Shown here: in pieces, positions 1 through 10,446 of the stretch
How the letters are laid out: each line of letters begins with the position of its first letter
How positions within the stretch are numbered: position 1 is the first letter of the stretch
Source of the DNA: an uncultured bacterium
GTDB taxonomy: Bacteria > Fidelibacterota > Marinisomatia > Marinisomatales > UBA1611
Assembly: GCA_964404235.1 (NCBI GenBank)
Contig: CAYOJL010000001.1
Location: 13,826 to 60,837 of the forward strand
Length of the DNA: 47,012 nt
Direction of reading: 5' to 3'
Position numbers and translations under genes: made by a program
Notes under the pieces: model-generated
Told to the model about the DNA's origin: nothing
The model's database searches: none
What the model saw: the letters and a program-made list of their open reading frames with translations, nothing else

Positions 1-2
1 GG

Positions 3-524
3 ATAATTGAATCCAATAAAGGCCTAAATGCTAATGAAAGTATCAGTGAATTTCTAAAAAATATAGAAATACATTTTGATTCATTAAATGATATCTGGTT
101 AAACGGTCACAATGTAGCAGAAAAAATTAGGACCATTGAGGTTTCATCTAATGTTAGTGCTGTCAGTGCGCTTCCTGTAGTTAGAGAAAAAATGGTCTTG
201 ATTCAGCGGTTTATTGCTAAGGATAAGCACTGTGTGCTTGAAGGCCGTGATATTGGTACTGTTGTATTTCCAAATGCAGATTATAAATTTTTTATAGTTG
301 CAGACTTAGAAATACGGGCAAAACGTAGATTACTAGATTTTGAAAAAATTGGAGAAATAAGTTCACTAACTGAATTAATATCTGATATTGAAAATAGAGA
401 TAGACTAGATTCATCAAGGGATGTTTCACCATTAGTTCAAGCAAAAGACGCGATTTCTATAGATACTAGCAAATTGACAATCGATGAACAAATTGAAAAA
501 ATAATAGAAATAATAAATAATTAA
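3..524 (+). CDS. cmk: Cytidylate kinase (5'-truncated by window edge)
   Basis: The frame is open from position 3 (...IRTIEVSSNVSAVSALPVVREKMV...), so the track start at 192 is internal. Motifs VLEGRDIGTVVFPNA, RAKRR and RDRLDSSRDVSPL are present, and the gene lies directly upstream of rpsA. Confidence 0.95.
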   Translation: MIESNKGLNANESISEFLKNIEIHFDSLNDIWLNGHNVAEKIRTIEVSSNVSAVSALPVVREKMVLIQRFIAKDKHCVLEGRDIGTVVFPNADYKFFIVADLEIRAKRRLLDFEKIGEISSLTELISDIENRDRLDSSRDVSPLVQAKDAISIDTSKLTIDEQIEKIIEIINN

Positions 525-550
525 ACAAATAATAAGGAAACATCAAAAGT

Positions 551-2503
551 ATGTTTGAAGAAAAGAATCAAGAACAGGTAGTTGAAGAGACTACGACGGT
601 ATTAGAAAACAATAATACCGAAAGAGTCAGCGTAGATGATGCGCCTGCTTCCCCGGCCGAAAAGGTAGCCGAAATAAAAGATTATCTAGCACCTGAATTA
701 TTCAATGAAATCAGGGTAGTAAATAAAAGTGAATTAACAGAAGAGCATACTAGCGTTGAAGTTGAGAGCGAACTTGAACAAAAGTATTCAAATACATTTG
801 GAGATATATCGGAGAATTCATTAATAAAGGGTCGAGTTGTTGGTATGAATGAAAGAGATGTATTAATTGATATTGGCTTTAAATCAGAAGGAATTATTGA
901 TAGATCAGAATTTAATGAAGATGATTTACCTGTGATTGGTGATCATGTTGAGGTTTATTTAGAATTTATTGAAGATGCAAGTGGAAATACTATCCTATCA
1001 AAGGAAAAAGCTGATTTTATGCGTCGCTGGAAGGAACTTAAAGATGCTTTTGAAAATGAAACGATTATTTCTGGGAAAATAGTCCGTCGTATCAAAGGTG
1101 GATTAATTGTAGACTTGGGAGTTGTTCAAGCATTTCTACCAGGTTCACAAGTTGATGTAAGACCAATACAGGATTTTGATATATATTTAGATAAAGAAAT
1201 TGAAATCAGAATTGTAAAATTTAATGAATCTCGTAAAAATATTGTTGTTTCGCACAAAATTATTTTGGAAGATAGCCTTAAAGAACAGCGGGAAGCTTTA
1301 TTTAAAGAATTAGAAGTAGGTTCAATACTAGAAGGTCGTGTAAAGAATATAACAGATTTTGGGGTTTTTGTTGACTTAGGTGGTATTGATGGTTTGCTTC
1401 ATATTACAGATTTATCATGGGGAAGAGTTAATCATCCTTCAGAAGTAATATCAATGAATGACTCTATTACAGTAAAAGTAATTGAGTATGATGAAGAAAG
1501 AAAAAGGGTTTCTCTAGGGTTAAAACAATTAGCGCCTCATCCATGGGAAGAAGTAGAAATTAAATATTCTATTGGTACAACAGTTACAGGTAAAGTTGTA
1601 AGTCTAACAAATTATGGCTGTTTTATTGAATTAGAACCAGGTGTTGAAGGTCTTATTCACGTTTCTGAAATTTCATGGACTAAACACATTAAAAATCCAT
1701 CAGAAGTTTATAATATGGGTGATGAAGTTGATGCTAAGGTATTATCTATTGATATTGATGATAAAAAGATCAGTTTGGGAGTTAAGCAGTTAACTCCAGA
1801 TCCGTGGGATGAAATTGAAAATATATATATGATAGGTACTAGGCATAAAGCTAAAGTGCAAAATCTCACCCAATTTGGAGCTTTCGCTGAATTAAAAGAA
1901 GGTATAGATGGTTTAGTACACGTATCTGATTTATCTTGGACTAAAGTTATTAAACACCCGAAGGAAGTAGTTGAAAAAGGCCAAGAGATAGATGTTCAAG
2001 TTTTAGAAGTATCTAGAGAAAGTCGCCGTATTTCACTTGGTATTAAACAAGTGACAGATGATCCTTGGCCAGATATTGTAAACTTTTATGAAGCGGGTAA
2101 AGAAGTTAGTGGCTCAATAATTCGTGTATTAGATAAAGGAATCATTATTCAACTTGATAAGGAAGTGGAAGGTATTATTCCTTTTGGAAAAATGTCGAAA
2201 AAAGATCGACGTGCTCTTGCAAGCCAATATGAAGTTGGTGCAAACTTATCCGGTATCGTTATGAAGGTGTCCCCTGAAGATAAAAAAGTTGTTCTCTATA
2301 AAGAAGAACTAGCAGGTACTGGAAAAAGAACGTCTGCAACTGATGAGGTCAAGCAATATCTAAGTAATCAAGAAACAGGCTCTGGAGAAAAATTAGAATT
2401 ACCTCAAGAATTATTAGATTTAGCTAGCCAGGCAGAAAAGGATGGTGGGGATAATCAACCTGATACGGCTGAACTAGATTCAGAAGATCAACAAGAAGAG
2501 TAA
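551..2503 (+). CDS. rpsA: 30S ribosomal protein S1
   Basis: Repeated S1 domains (IDIGFKSEG, AFLPGSQVD, GRVKNITDFGVFVDLGGIDGLLHITDLSW, YGCFIELEPGVEGLIHVSE, FGAFAELKEGIDGLVHVSDLSW) and cmk-rpsA synteny. Confidence 0.97.
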   Translation: MFEEKNQEQVVEETTTVLENNNTERVSVDDAPASPAEKVAEIKDYLAPELFNEIRVVNKSELTEEHTSVEVESELEQKYSNTFGDISENSLIKGRVVGMNERDVLIDIGFKSEGIIDRSEFNEDDLPVIGDHVEVYLEFIEDASGNTILSKEKADFMRRWKELKDAFENETIISGKIVRRIKGGLIVDLGVVQAFLPGSQVDVRPIQDFDIYLDKEIEIRIVKFNESRKNIVVSHKIILEDSLKEQREALFKELEVGSILEGRVKNITDFGVFVDLGGIDGLLHITDLSWGRVNHPSEVISMNDSITVKVIEYDEERKRVSLGLKQLAPHPWEEVEIKYSIGTTVTGKVVSLTNYGCFIELEPGVEGLIHVSEISWTKHIKNPSEVYNMGDEVDAKVLSIDIDDKKISLGVKQLTPDPWDEIENIYMIGTRHKAKVQNLTQFGAFAELKEGIDGLVHVSDLSWTKVIKHPKEVVEKGQEIDVQVLEVSRESRRISLGIKQVTDDPWPDIVNFYEAGKEVSGSIIRVLDKGIIIQLDKEVEGIIPFGKMSKKDRRALASQYEVGANLSGIVMKVSPEDKKVVLYKEELAGTGKRTSATDEVKQYLSNQETGSGEKLELPQELLDLASQAEKDGGDNQPDTAELDSEDQQEE

Positions 2504-2527
2504 AACTATATCAATGGGTATACCTAA

Positions 2528-3505
2528 TTGAATTTGAAGCAGCCCATTGAATCTTTATTTAAGCAAAAGATATACCTCTCTATAGGTGCATTTGGACTTG
2601 CACTTTTACTTTGGATTTTCGTTGTATCAGAAAATGAATATACAATGGTAATTGAGCTTCCAATTGAAGCAAGAAATTTAAATGCTCAGAAAGCCCATAA
2701 AAAAGAAGTCCCACCATTTGCCTCAGTTCGTCTTAGGGGTACAGGAAGAGATTTATTTAAATCATTTTTGCTCAAAAACTTTGCAGGATTTAAGCTTGTA
2801 TTGGATTTGGAAGGTATTTCTAAGGAATATGAATTTATTCTAAATGAATATTTTGAAAAATATCCACAGAAAGTTGTACTACCTCTAAACTATAATGTAT
2901 CATTTGTTGAAGTAATTTATCCTAATAAAATAAATATTAGTTTGGATGAATATCTAGTAAAGAAAGTACCTATAATATCAAATCTTTATGTAAAACCATC
3001 ACCTGGCTATATAATAGTTGGTGAACCAAGGATTTTACCAGATAAATTAGAGATTGCCGGTCCAAAAAAGGAACTTGCATTGATTAATCATGTTGAAACT
3101 ATAGCAGATACTATTTCTGGTATAGTTTTGCCGTATAAAGGGAACATACTAATTCAATCATTGGGTAGACTAATTGAATATTCCCAAAATGATATTATAA
3201 TAACTTTAGATGTACAAGAGATTAGTGAAAGAATTATAGCCGATATCTCTGTTGAGGTTATTAATATTCCATCGCGGATTAGGGTTTTCCCATCTCCACA
3301 GACAGTTTCTTTAACAGTGGTTGGTGGTGTTAATCGTATAGCAGAACTAAAACCTGAAGAGATTAAGGTAATTATTGACTTTAATAACTGGAATCATCAG
3401 ATACAGTTTTATGAACCGCAGGTCATAATTCCAAATGACATACTTGATTGGAGGGATATTTCTCCGAAAAATTTAGAAATTGCAGTTGCTCGTGAAATAA
3501 AATGA
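2528..3505 (+). CDS. YbbR/CdaR-like domain protein, single N-terminal TM anchor
   Basis: N-terminal TM (AFGLALLLWIFV) followed by repeated beta-rich YbbR-type units (KVPI...PGY...PDKLEIAGP; VFPSPQTVSLTVVG). TTG start. Confidence 0.75.
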   Translation: MNLKQPIESLFKQKIYLSIGAFGLALLLWIFVVSENEYTMVIELPIEARNLNAQKAHKKEVPPFASVRLRGTGRDLFKSFLLKNFAGFKLVLDLEGISKEYEFILNEYFEKYPQKVVLPLNYNVSFVEVIYPNKINISLDEYLVKKVPIISNLYVKPSPGYIIVGEPRILPDKLEIAGPKKELALINHVETIADTISGIVLPYKGNILIQSLGRLIEYSQNDIIITLDVQEISERIIADISVEVINIPSRIRVFPSPQTVSLTVVGGVNRIAELKPEEIKVIIDFNNWNHQIQFYEPQVIIPNDILDWRDISPKNLEIAVAREIK

Positions 3506-4491
3506 TAATATTAGGTATTGAAACCTCATGCGATGAAACTGCAGCAGCAATTTGTAAGGATGGAGAGATTCTTTCAAACATAGTTAGCCAACAAATTATT
3601 CATAAAATATTTGGAGGTGTAGTACCAGAAATTGCATCTAGAGAACATGAAATTCTTCTGAATAAAGTAGTTGATGAAGCATTGAAAAAAGCAAAAATCC
3701 ATTTAGGCCAAATAGATGCTGTTTCGGTTACTCAAGGGCCTGGATTAGCTGGTGCACTATTAACAGGGATTAGTTTTGCCAAAGGACTTGGTATTGGATT
3801 AGGTATTCCAGTTATACCCATTAATCATCTAGAAGGTCATATTTTTGCAAATTTTTTAGCAGAGCCAACACTGGAATACCCATTTGTATGTCTACTAGTT
3901 TCGGGTGGTCATACTCAGTTATGGTATATTGAAGGTATGGAAGAATATTCACTTTTAGGCGAAACAAGGGATGATGCAGCAGGTGAAGCATTTGATAAAG
4001 GTGCGCGCATATTAGGTTTGGGTTACCCTGGTGGACCGGCTATTGAAAAAGCTGCTGATGGAGGGAATCCTAAAAAGCACTTTTTCCCAAGAATTTTATT
4101 GAGCAGAGAAAGTCTAGAATTCAGTTTCAGTGGCCTAAAAACATCCCTACTATATTTCATGGATGATTTCAAAGAAACTAAACCGGAATTGTTAGCAGAT
4201 ATTATTGCTAGCTATCAACAGGCTATTGTAGATACGCTAGTTGAAAAAACACGAAGAGCCATGCATCAAACTGGTGCAGATCGTTGTATAATTGCTGGAG
4301 GGGTTGCAGCTAACCAATGTTTAAGAGATGAACTCGATATTGTCCTGCCCGATAAAGATATATTATTCCCTGATTTTTCTTTATGCACTGATAATGCTGC
4401 AATGATTAGTTATTTAGGCCAATTAAAGCTTCAATCAAACTCATTTAAAGAACTAAACTTTAGTGTGATTCCAAATCTGAAATTAGTCTAA
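3502..4491 (+). CDS. tsaD: tRNA threonylcarbamoyladenosine biosynthesis protein TsaD
   Basis: LGIETSCDETAAA, GGVVPEIASREH, NHLEGH, LLVSGGHT, GETRDDAAGEAFDK and CTDNAAMI motifs. Confidence 0.97.
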   Translation: MIILGIETSCDETAAAICKDGEILSNIVSQQIIHKIFGGVVPEIASREHEILLNKVVDEALKKAKIHLGQIDAVSVTQGPGLAGALLTGISFAKGLGIGLGIPVIPINHLEGHIFANFLAEPTLEYPFVCLLVSGGHTQLWYIEGMEEYSLLGETRDDAAGEAFDKGARILGLGYPGGPAIEKAADGGNPKKHFFPRILLSRESLEFSFSGLKTSLLYFMDDFKETKPELLADIIASYQQAIVDTLVEKTRRAMHQTGADRCIIAGGVAANQCLRDELDIVLPDKDILFPDFSLCTDNAAMISYLGQLKLQSNSFKELNFSVIPNLKLV

Positions 4492-4492
4492 C

Positions 4493-6595
4493 TTGAATTT
4501 TGATTTTTCAAACCCAGGTCAATTATTTTGGCTTCTATTATTTTTTTCTTTTCTAATAATTATTACCTCATTTCAAAGGATAATATTTATAAGAAAAATA
4601 GCACCTATTATATTTTTACGAATAATATCTATAATTATATTATTATTTCTTTTTTTGAATCCTAGATTAACGATAATTAATGAGAATAACCGTGAACTAA
4701 ATTGGAACATATATATTGATCATTCATTAAGCATGGCATATCATTCTAATCCATCAGTTATCACATTGAGATCAGGTATAGATAATATTATTGATAGGTT
4801 GGAAAAGAAAAATATTCCTTTAAATATATTCTCATTTGGTTCTAAGATTAATACGAATTGGGTAAATGGCGAAAAAGAGTTTATAGATGGGTCTACTAAT
4901 ATTGGTAATATTCTCGACCATGTAAGATATAATAATAATTCTTTAGCTGGCTCAATAATATTTACTGATGGGCAGGTTAACCAAGGCCCAGAGATTAATA
5001 TTATTGATGTAGATAATTTAAAACCTATCCATATTATTGGTGTTGGTGATAATAACCCTTTAGTTGATGTTTATATTAATTCCATAGATGCACCCCCTGT
5101 TATTATCAAAGGTGAAAATGCTAATTTAGAAGTTGCTATTTCTTCGCATGGTACTAATAATGAAAGATTAAATGTAACCTTATATCAAGGGAGCAAACTC
5201 TTAGGCTCTAAAGTTATAACAGTATCTGGGGAAGGTAGTATTGATAGGATAAGGTTTATGATAAATCCTGATGAAACTGGAGATATAGAGTATAGGGTTC
5301 AGGTTAATACACTACCTGATGAAATAAATATTAAAAATAATAAACAGATTGTTCCAATTCAGGTATTGAAAAATGAATACAAAATTGCAATGATTACTGG
5401 TGCACCTAATTTTAATAGTAGTATAATAAAGAAGATACTTTCAAAAAATAGCAAATTCAAAATTGACCATTATGTATTTCAACAAGGTAGCTACTCAATA
5501 CCATTAAATTCATTTTGGGATACAAAATATGATCTTATTTTATTTGATAATCATCCAGTAGAAACGAATGCAAAAGATTGGGAATCATTTAGAAGAATAT
5601 TTGCAAAGAAATTATTATCCCACAAATCAAGTCTTGCAATTTTCATGGGTCATGATATTAATAGACAAACATTTGACTCATATTTGAATTTAATGGATTT
5701 GAGTATTAAAGAATCTTTAATCGAGCTTGGCTCTGAGCATAGTTGGGTATTAAATAAAAATTGGGAATCAATATTCCCATTACAGGATATAAATTTTCTT
5801 AATTCTACATTGAATGATTATCCGCCTTTAACTATTGATATGGAGATAGATTCAACTAATGCTGTAGTATTAGCAAATTTCTCAATTTCAAAAGTTAATA
5901 TTCCATTGATTGCTATAGCAGAAAAATCTCCTCTAAGGTGTATGGTGTGGTCTTCACCAGATTTACATAAACTATACTATAAAACTCAAAATAGTGAGCA
6001 CCAAGATTTAACTAATCAACTGTTTATGCCTGTTTTCTCCTGGTTAATGAGAACTGGCAATGGGCAGGATTTTTATTTTAGGGCAAGTAAAAATTCATAC
6101 CAACAAGGTGAAAAAGTAATAATTATTGGTAAGCCTGTAATGCAGACTGAAAGGGCAAAGGAAGGATATATTCATGTTTATAGAGAAGGTTCTAAAATCA
6201 ATACAAAACCAATAATATTTGATACAAAATCAAATATGTATAAAGGACAATTTTGGGCTTCTCAGTCTGGGAGTTTAGATTATGAAATTGAATTAATCTA
6301 TGGAGATAAACCTATAATTGTAAGTAAGGGAAATGTACAAGTACAAGAGAGCCAAATAGAATTAAATCATGTATATTTAAATAAGGAACCATTAATAAAG
6401 TTAGCAGGTATTACTAAGGGTTCTTTCCAAGATTGGGATAATCGTATCTCTATTTTGAGTAAAGTAGTTAGTAAAATAAATAATGAAATAACACAATCAA
6501 GAATTATCTTATATAATAGCTATTGGATGTTCATTTTTATATTACTGCTTTTAACATCTGAATGGATATTAAGAAGAAGGAAAGGAATGATATGA
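4493..6595 (+). CDS. Membrane-anchored VWA-like domain protein
   Basis: Two N-terminal TM helices, MIDAS-like DHSLS and TDG motifs, an Ig-like middle region and a C-terminal TM followed by EWILRRR. Confidence 0.65.
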   Translation: MNFDFSNPGQLFWLLLFFSFLIIITSFQRIIFIRKIAPIIFLRIISIIILLFLFLNPRLTIINENNRELNWNIYIDHSLSMAYHSNPSVITLRSGIDNIIDRLEKKNIPLNIFSFGSKINTNWVNGEKEFIDGSTNIGNILDHVRYNNNSLAGSIIFTDGQVNQGPEINIIDVDNLKPIHIIGVGDNNPLVDVYINSIDAPPVIIKGENANLEVAISSHGTNNERLNVTLYQGSKLLGSKVITVSGEGSIDRIRFMINPDETGDIEYRVQVNTLPDEINIKNNKQIVPIQVLKNEYKIAMITGAPNFNSSIIKKILSKNSKFKIDHYVFQQGSYSIPLNSFWDTKYDLILFDNHPVETNAKDWESFRRIFAKKLLSHKSSLAIFMGHDINRQTFDSYLNLMDLSIKESLIELGSEHSWVLNKNWESIFPLQDINFLNSTLNDYPPLTIDMEIDSTNAVVLANFSISKVNIPLIAIAEKSPLRCMVWSSPDLHKLYYKTQNSEHQDLTNQLFMPVFSWLMRTGNGQDFYFRASKNSYQQGEKVIIIGKPVMQTERAKEGYIHVYREGSKINTKPIIFDTKSNMYKGQFWASQSGSLDYEIELIYGDKPIIVSKGNVQVQESQIELNHVYLNKEPLIKLAGITKGSFQDWDNRISILSKVVSKINNEITQSRIILYNSYWMFIFILLLLTSEWILRRRKGMI

Positions 6596-6652
6596 TAATT
6601 GGGAACTACTTACTGAAACAGTAGTTTAATATTCTTGATAAATTAATCTAAT

Positions 6653-7969
6653 ATGAAAAAGATAACTATCATTGGTACAGGTTATGTAGGACTTGTAAGT
6701 GGAGCGGGAATTTCCGACTTTGGTCATTCAGTTATATGTGCTGATATAATTAAAGAAAAAATAAAGTTATTAAAGAATGGAGTAATGCCAATCTACGAAC
6801 CTGGACTAGAAGAATTGGTTTATAAAAATGTAGATGTTGGTAGACTCTCATTTACATCAAATGTAGATGCTGCTATTCAAGAAGCAGATGTGATTTTTAT
6901 TGCAGTTGGTACTCCAGAAGGTGAAGATGGAACTGCAGATATATCGGCAGTGGAATCCGTAGCTAGAACTATTGGAAAAAATTTAAATGGTTATAAAGTA
7001 ATTTGTACAAAAAGTACAGTACCTGTAGGTACAGGCAAACTGATTACAAAAGTCATAAATAGCACTAAAGATAGTAAATATGAATTTGATTATGTCTCTA
7101 ATCCTGAGTTTTTAAGAGAAGGTTCCGCTGTTAAAGATTTTCTATGGCCGGATAGAGTGGTAATTGGTGCAAACAATGATAAAGCTTTTAAGATTATTAA
7201 AGAAGTCTATAGACCTCTATATATAAATGAAAAACCTATTTTGCATACAAGTGTAATTACCGCAGAGATGATAAAATATGCAGCAAATGCATTTTTAGCA
7301 TTAAAGATAAGTTATATTAATGAAGTAGCGAACTTATGTGATAGTTTGGGCGCCGACGTCCATCAAGTTGCTACAGCGATGGGACAAGATGGTAGGATAA
7401 GTCCAAAATTTTTACATCCAGGTCCAGGATTTGGTGGCTCTTGCTTTCCAAAAGATACCAAAGCATTTGCAGCTTTATCAAAGGATCAAGGTCTCATTAT
7501 GAAAACAATTGAGGCTGCTATTGAAGCAAATTACATACAAAAAAGCATGATGGTAGATAAGATGAAAAAATTAATTGGTGGGAATTTTGATGGTAAGCAA
7601 ATAGCAATACTTGGACTTGCATTTAAACCAAATACAGATGATATAAGAGATTCAGCCTCAATTATTATTATTGATTCAATTATTAAAGAGGGTGGGCATA
7701 TAAGGGCTTATGATCCGATTGCCAATAAAGCCATGGAAAGTATTTACCCTGATTTGAATTACTTTACCTCTTGGGAAGAAGCATGTAAAGATGCAGATGG
7801 TGTTGCTATCATGACTGAGTGGAATGAATTTCGTGGAATAAGTTTATCATTTTTAAAGTCCTTATTAAAATCACCACTCATATTAGATACTAGAAATATT
7901 TTTAGTATAGAGAATTTAGAAGAAAATAATTTTAAATATGATAATGTGGGCCGTAGTTCCATAAAATGA
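6653..7969 (+). CDS. ugd: UDP-glucose/GDP-mannose dehydrogenase family protein (UDP-glucose 6-dehydrogenase)
   Basis: GTGYVG Rossmann motif, KSTVPVGT, SNPEFLREG, GFGGSCFPKD (catalytic Cys) and GLAFKPNTDDIR. Confidence 0.93.
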   Translation: MKKITIIGTGYVGLVSGAGISDFGHSVICADIIKEKIKLLKNGVMPIYEPGLEELVYKNVDVGRLSFTSNVDAAIQEADVIFIAVGTPEGEDGTADISAVESVARTIGKNLNGYKVICTKSTVPVGTGKLITKVINSTKDSKYEFDYVSNPEFLREGSAVKDFLWPDRVVIGANNDKAFKIIKEVYRPLYINEKPILHTSVITAEMIKYAANAFLALKISYINEVANLCDSLGADVHQVATAMGQDGRISPKFLHPGPGFGGSCFPKDTKAFAALSKDQGLIMKTIEAAIEANYIQKSMMVDKMKKLIGGNFDGKQIAILGLAFKPNTDDIRDSASIIIIDSIIKEGGHIRAYDPIANKAMESIYPDLNYFTSWEEACKDADGVAIMTEWNEFRGISLSFLKSLLKSPLILDTRNIFSIENLEENNFKYDNVGRSSIK

Positions 7970-8511
7970 AGATTGAAAACACTAATGTTGAAGATGTTAA
8001 GGTTATTACCCCGACAGTTTTTGATGATTACAGGGGTTGTTTTTTTGAAACTTTCAAAGCTAATGCGTTTTTAGACCAAGGTCTTCCTTCGGATTTTGTT
8101 CAAGATAACGAGGTACGTTCAAAAAAAGATGTTTTGAGAGGCTTGCATTATCAACTTAAGAAGCCTCAAGGGAAACTTGTAAGGGTGGTATATGGTAATA
8201 TTTTGGATGTTGCAGTAGATATTAGAATTGGATCTCCTACATTCGGTCAATATCATTTGGTCGAGCTTTCTGCAGAAAATAAAAAAATCTTCTTTATACC
8301 AGAAGGGTTTGCACATGGGTATTTAGTTACCTCCCATGATTCGATTGTTTTATACAAGTGTACCAATATATATGATGGAAAAGATGAATATGGGATAAGG
8401 TGGGATGATCAAACTATTGGTATCAAATGGGGCAGTGTTAATCCTATTTTATCTGATAGAGATAAAAATTTACCTACATTAAAGAATCAATCATTTTTGC
8501 CAAAATACTAA
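7966..8511 (+). CDS. rmlC: dTDP-4-dehydrorhamnose 3,5-epimerase
   Basis: VLRGLHYQ, QGKLVRV, DVAVDIRIGSPTFG and IPEGFAHG motifs. Confidence 0.95.
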   Translation: MKIENTNVEDVKVITPTVFDDYRGCFFETFKANAFLDQGLPSDFVQDNEVRSKKDVLRGLHYQLKKPQGKLVRVVYGNILDVAVDIRIGSPTFGQYHLVELSAENKKIFFIPEGFAHGYLVTSHDSIVLYKCTNIYDGKDEYGIRWDDQTIGIKWGSVNPILSDRDKNLPTLKNQSFLPKY

Positions 8512-8512
8512 T

Positions 8513-9565
8513 ATGAAGAATATACTTATAACAGGGGGTTGTGGTTTTATTGGGTCTAATTTTATTCATCATCTAATTAATAACGATGAATCTTACTATA
8601 TTGTTAATCTAGATAAACTCACATATGCAGGAAATATTTCAAATCTTAGTAAGATTCCAGATTCATCATATTTACTTGTTGAAGGAGATATTTGTGATGC
8701 AATTTTAGTGGATTCACTTTTTGATAAGTATCAATTTGAATTTGTTGTACATTTTGCAGCAGAAAGTCATGTCGACCGTTCTATAGATGGCCCTTCTAGT
8801 TTCATTCAAACAAATATAATGGGGACATTTAACCTCCTTGAGCATGCAAGAGTGCATTTTTCTAAAACAAAAAATAAGGATTTTAGATTTTTACATGTAT
8901 CGACAGATGAAGTATATGGATCACTTGGTAGTGATGGAAAATTTCTTGAATCAACTCCTTATGATCCCAGTTCACCATATTCTGCATCAAAAGCAGGCTC
9001 AGACCATCTTGTCAGAGCATGGAACCGTACCTATGGTTTACCAACATTATTAACAAATTGTTCTAATAATTATGGTCCATATCAATTCCCCGAAAAATTA
9101 ATTCCACTAATAATTATTAATTGTTTAAATAATAGGCTATTGCCAGTATATGGACAAGGTACGAATGTAAGAGATTGGCTCTATGTTAAAGATCATTGCG
9201 AAGCTATTAGCTTTGTTTTAAATAATGGAGAAATTGGACAGACCTATAATATTGGTGGTGACAATGAAATAAAAAATATTGATGTTGTTAAATCAATATG
9301 TTCCATATTGGATGAGATATTACCGAAAGCAGATGGTAAGTCGTATTCAGAATTAATAACATTTGTTAAAGATCGTCCTGGACATGATTTTAGATATGCT
9401 ATTGATGCAGGAAAAATAAAAACGAATTTGGGCTGGTCACCTAAAGAATCCTTTGATAGTGGAATTAGAGAAACCATTCATTGGTATTTGGAAAATAAAA
9501 CATGGTGGCAATCGATACAGAAGAATACATACGAGCAGGAAAGATTAGGAGTAATTAAATCATGA
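8513..9565 (+). CDS. rmlB: dTDP-glucose 4,6-dehydratase
   Basis: [46 protein letters not shown] and DRPGHDFRY motifs. Confidence 0.97.
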   Translation: MKNILITGGCGFIGSNFIHHLINNDESYYIVNLDKLTYAGNISNLSKIPDSSYLLVEGDICDAILVDSLFDKYQFEFVVHFAAESHVDRSIDGPSSFIQTNIMGTFNLLEHARVHFSKTKNKDFRFLHVSTDEVYGSLGSDGKFLESTPYDPSSPYSASKAGSDHLVRAWNRTYGLPTLLTNCSNNYGPYQFPEKLIPLIIINCLNNRLLPVYGQGTNVRDWLYVKDHCEAISFVLNNGEIGQTYNIGGDNEIKNIDVVKSICSILDEILPKADGKSYSELITFVKDRPGHDFRYAIDAGKIKTNLGWSPKESFDSGIRETIHWYLENKTWWQSIQKNTYEQERLGVIKS

Positions 9566-10431
9566 AAGGAATAATATTGGCTGGTGGAAGCGGAACGCGG
9601 TTGTTTCCAATTACCTCAGTTGTTTCTAAACAGTTGCTGCCTATTTATGATAAACCAATGATATACTATCCACTATCAACATTAATGCTTTCCGGGATTC
9701 AAGATATATTGATTATTTCAACACCAGAAGATACTCCTAGGTTTAGTGACCTATTTGGTGATGGAAACCATTTAGGTTTAAATATATCCTATATGGTTCA
9801 ACCATCTCCGGATGGTCTAGCACAGGCATTTATACTTGGAGAAAACTTTATTGGAGATGATTCAGTTAGTTTAATTTTAGGTGACAATATTTTTTTTGGT
9901 CATGGCTTGTCCAATATGCTATCGAATAGTGTTCAAACTGTTCAATCAAAAAATGATGCGGTTGTATTTGGATATAGTGTTAAAGACCCTCAACGGTATG
10001 GAGTAGTCAGTTTCGATGACAGTGGTAAAGTAACAGAAATAGTGGAAAAACCTGATTCACCTAAATCAAATTATGCAGTAGTTGGACTCTATTTTTATCC
10101 AAATGAAGTTGTGAATATTTCAAAAAATGTAAAACCTTCACAAAGAGGTGAATTAGAGATCACTTCGGTTAATCAGACTTTCCTTGATATGAATAGATTA
10201 TCAGTGGAGTTAATGGGAAGAGGATATGCCTGGTTAGATACGGGGACACAACAAGCAATGAATAATGCATCGAATTTTATTAAAACTATTGAAGAAAGGC
10301 AGGGCTTAAAGGTCGCATGTATTGAAGAGATTGCTTATTACCAAGGATTTATTAATAAAGAACAGCTTGATAAACTTGCTGAGAAATATTCAAATGAATA
10401 TGGAGACTATTTAAAAGAGGTGATTTTATAA
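9562..10431 (+). CDS. rmlA: Glucose-1-phosphate thymidylyltransferase
   Basis: [41 protein letters not shown] and WLDTGT motifs. Confidence 0.97.
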   Translation: MKGIILAGGSGTRLFPITSVVSKQLLPIYDKPMIYYPLSTLMLSGIQDILIISTPEDTPRFSDLFGDGNHLGLNISYMVQPSPDGLAQAFILGENFIGDDSVSLILGDNIFFGHGLSNMLSNSVQTVQSKNDAVVFGYSVKDPQRYGVVSFDDSGKVTEIVEKPDSPKSNYAVVGLYFYPNEVVNISKNVKPSQRGELEITSVNQTFLDMNRLSVELMGRGYAWLDTGTQQAMNNASNFIKTIEERQGLKVACIEEIAYYQGFINKEQLDKLAEKYSNEYGDYLKEVIL

Positions 10432-10446
10432 AAAAATAAAATTTAA

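Noticed and set aside
6604-6626. AACTACT...AGTAGTT inverted repeat between the VWA gene and ugd
   Set aside because: It is AT-rich and weak with a short U-run, so it cannot be supported as a terminator or operator.
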